Source: Saprospirales bacterium
GTDB lineage: Bacteria; Bacteroidota; Bacteroidia; Chitinophagales; JADIYW01
Assembly: GCA_016711605.1 (NCBI GenBank)
Contig: JADJSS010000044.1
Span: 158,884-222,883, forward strand
DNA length: 64,000 bases
Direction of reading: 5' to 3'
Shown: positions 62,327 through 64,000 of the stretch, one piece after another
Layout: each line of letters opens with the position of its first letter
Position numbering within the stretch: the stretch's first letter is position 1
Program-made: the position numbers and the translations under genes
The notes under the pieces: model-generated
The model's input: the letters and a program-made list of their open reading frames with translations, nothing else
Database searches by the model: none
What the model was told of the DNA's origin: nothing

Positions 62327-64000
62327 TCAATCTAGTTTTTGCAAAATTTCAATTGCAGCTTTTGCAATTATAGTTCCAGGACCAAATATGGCTGAAACAC
62401 CAACATTGTATAAGAAATCGTAATCTTGTTTTGGAATAACACCACCACAAACGACTAAAATATCATCTCGTTTTATTTTTTTTAGTTCCTCAATTAATTG
62501 AGGAATTAATGTTTTGTGTCCAGCTGCTAAAGATGATACTCCAATAATATGTACATCGTTTTCTGCTGCTTGCATCGCTGCTTCTTTCGGTGTCTGAAAG
62601 AGTGGTCCAATATCAACATCAAACCCAATATCAGCAAAAGCAGTTGCGATAATTTTGGCACCACGATCGTGTCCGTCCTGTCCTATTTTTGCTACTAAAA
62701 TACGTGGACGTCTGCCTTCGTTTTTGCAAATTCGTCTGCTAATCGTCTTGCTGTTTGAAAATCTTCGTTCATTTTTATTTCTGCTGAATATACACCTGCA
62801 ATACTGCGAATTGTTGCTTTATATCTTCCAAAAACTTTTTCTAAAGCTAAGGATATTTCGCCTAATGTAGCGCGTCGTCGAGCTGCTTCAATACTTAAAG
62901 CCAATAAATTTTTATCGCCATATTTCGCTGCATCCGTTAGTTGATTTAAAATATCTTCGACAGCATTTTTGTCTCTTTTTTCTTTGATATTTTTTAAACG
63001 AGTAATTTGGTTTTCGCGTACTTCTGCATTGTCAATGTCTAAAATATCAATTTCTTTGGTGTCATCTGTCTGGAAAATATTGACACCAACAATACCATCT
63101 TGTCCACTGTCAATGCGTGCTTGTTTTTGTGCAGCAGCTTCTTCTATGCGCATCTTCGGAATTCCAGCTTCAATTGCTTTAGTCATACCACCATAGCTTT
63201 CTACTTCTTCAATTAATGTCCAAGCTTTTTTTGCAATTTCATCAGTCAATTTTTCTATATATTCAGAGCCAGCCCAAGGATCCACTGTTCTACATATGTC
63301 CGTTTCTTTTTGTAAATAAATTTGTGTGTCACGTGCAATTTTAGCTGAAAAATCTGTTGGCAATGCAATGGCTTCATCGAGTGCATTAGTATGTAAAGAT
63401 TGTGTACCGCCAAGTGCAGCAGCTAATGCTTCGATGCAAGTTCTTGTTACGTTATTGAACGGATCTTGCTCCGTTAAACTCCAACCGCTGGTTTGACAAT
63501 GTGTTCTAAGTGCTAAACTTTTTTCTGATGTTGGATGGAATTGAGAAACGATTTTTGACCATAAAACTCTTGCAGCTCGCATCTTTGCTATTTCGTTAAA
63601 ATGCTGCATTCCAATTGCCCAAAAGAAAGACAAACGTGGTGCGAAATCATCTATTTTAATGCCAGCTTTGATACCAGTTCGCAAATATTCTAAGCCATCT
63701 GCTAAGGTGTATGCTAACTCAATTTCAGGAGTAGCACCAGCTTCCTGCATATGATAACCACTAATAGAAATAGAATTAAACTTCGGCATATTTTGGCTAG
63801 TGTATTCAAAAATATCCGAAATAATTCTCATCGATGGTGTTGGTGGATAGATGTAGGTATTTCGCACCATAAACTCTTTCAAAATATCATTTTGAATGGT
63901 ACCACTTAATAATTTTTGCTCAACACCTTGTTCTTCTGCTGCAACAATATAAAAGGCAAGAATAGGCAAGACTGCACCATTCATCGTCATAGAAACAGAA
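62327..64000 (-). pseudogene. mutB: Methylmalonyl-CoA mutase large subunit. The 5' part lies beyond the window and there is one frame break at the catalytic/B12-domain linker.
   Basis: ORF 62695..63990 is the TIM-barrel part. ORF 62327..62575 and its in-frame upstream stretch give '[26 protein letters not shown]' (DxHxxG B12 motif). One extra base in the T5 run at 62721-62725 reads '..[16 protein letters not shown]..'. Confidence 0.85.

Noticed and set aside
62576-62725. The frame break in methylmalonyl-CoA mutase lies in the linker between the catalytic and B12-binding domains; considered as a natural split into two subunits
   Set aside because: The B12 motif 'GQDGHDRG' lies upstream of the first Met of the downstream ORF and has no start codon of its own. 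A single base in the T5 run at 62721-62725 restores one continuous protein, so this is a simple indel rather than a designed split.

Overview
Visibly AT-rich chromosomal segment from a Bacteroidota bacterium, probably Flavobacteriia- or Cytophagia-like. The phylum call rests on T9SS type A and type B C-terminal sorting domains, a 7TMR-DISM/LytTR two-component system, a CrtYcd-type carotenoid cluster and lipoprotein-rich content. All family calls come from motifs read by eye; no database search was possible.

Layout, left to right:
1. Positions 1-13.9 kb hold a surface-glycan locus: a YfhO-like GT-C protein, GT11 fucosyltransferase, GT6, Wzx, GT2, and FkbM methyltransferases, with a second GT11/FkbM pair. 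It is interrupted by a ~4.5 kb T9SS adhesin gene carrying ~6.5 near-identical 417-bp tandem repeats.
2. Positions 14-19.6 kb hold a neutral ceramidase, a T9SS type A cargo protein and a glycine-rich surface protein.
3. Positions 19.6-27.5 kb hold a carotenoid cluster (crtI, crtB, lycopene cyclase, crtD-like, cruF-like) extended by a Rieske oxygenase and a CrtU-like flavoprotein.
4. Positions 28.4-36.2 kb are housekeeping genes: CoA transferase A/B, MoxR+VWA, DinB, DEAD-box helicase and malic enzyme.
5. Positions 36.5-47.3 kb hold a LytTR response regulator and histidine kinase next to ten co-directional genes. These encode lipoproteins and membrane proteins of unknown function (RCC1 propeller, C2-like, 'YWKNG' propellers, Cys-rich module, PH-like membrane proteins). 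Four copies of a 34-nt direct-repeat element sit in front of these genes and of the kinase. This is my best candidate for an undescribed regulon or system.
6. Positions 47.3-57.5 kb hold genes with broken reading frames: DUF389, ilvA, L,D-transpeptidase, DUF1761, DUF1569, an OMP, FGE, arylsulfatase, hemolysin III and a sugar transferase.
7. Positions 57.6-64 kb hold a small repeat protein, priA, DinB, a fasciclin protein and methylmalonyl-CoA mutase (partial).

I found no rRNA, tRNA, CRISPR, transposase, integrase or recognisable defence genes. I traced about 30 +/-1 frame breaks by eye. Most lie in A/T (occasionally C/G) runs of 2-8 nt, and they are strongly clustered; 19.6-41.1 kb has none. 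These are either sequencing or assembly indels or slip-strand lesions, so every 'pseudogene' call below carries that caveat.
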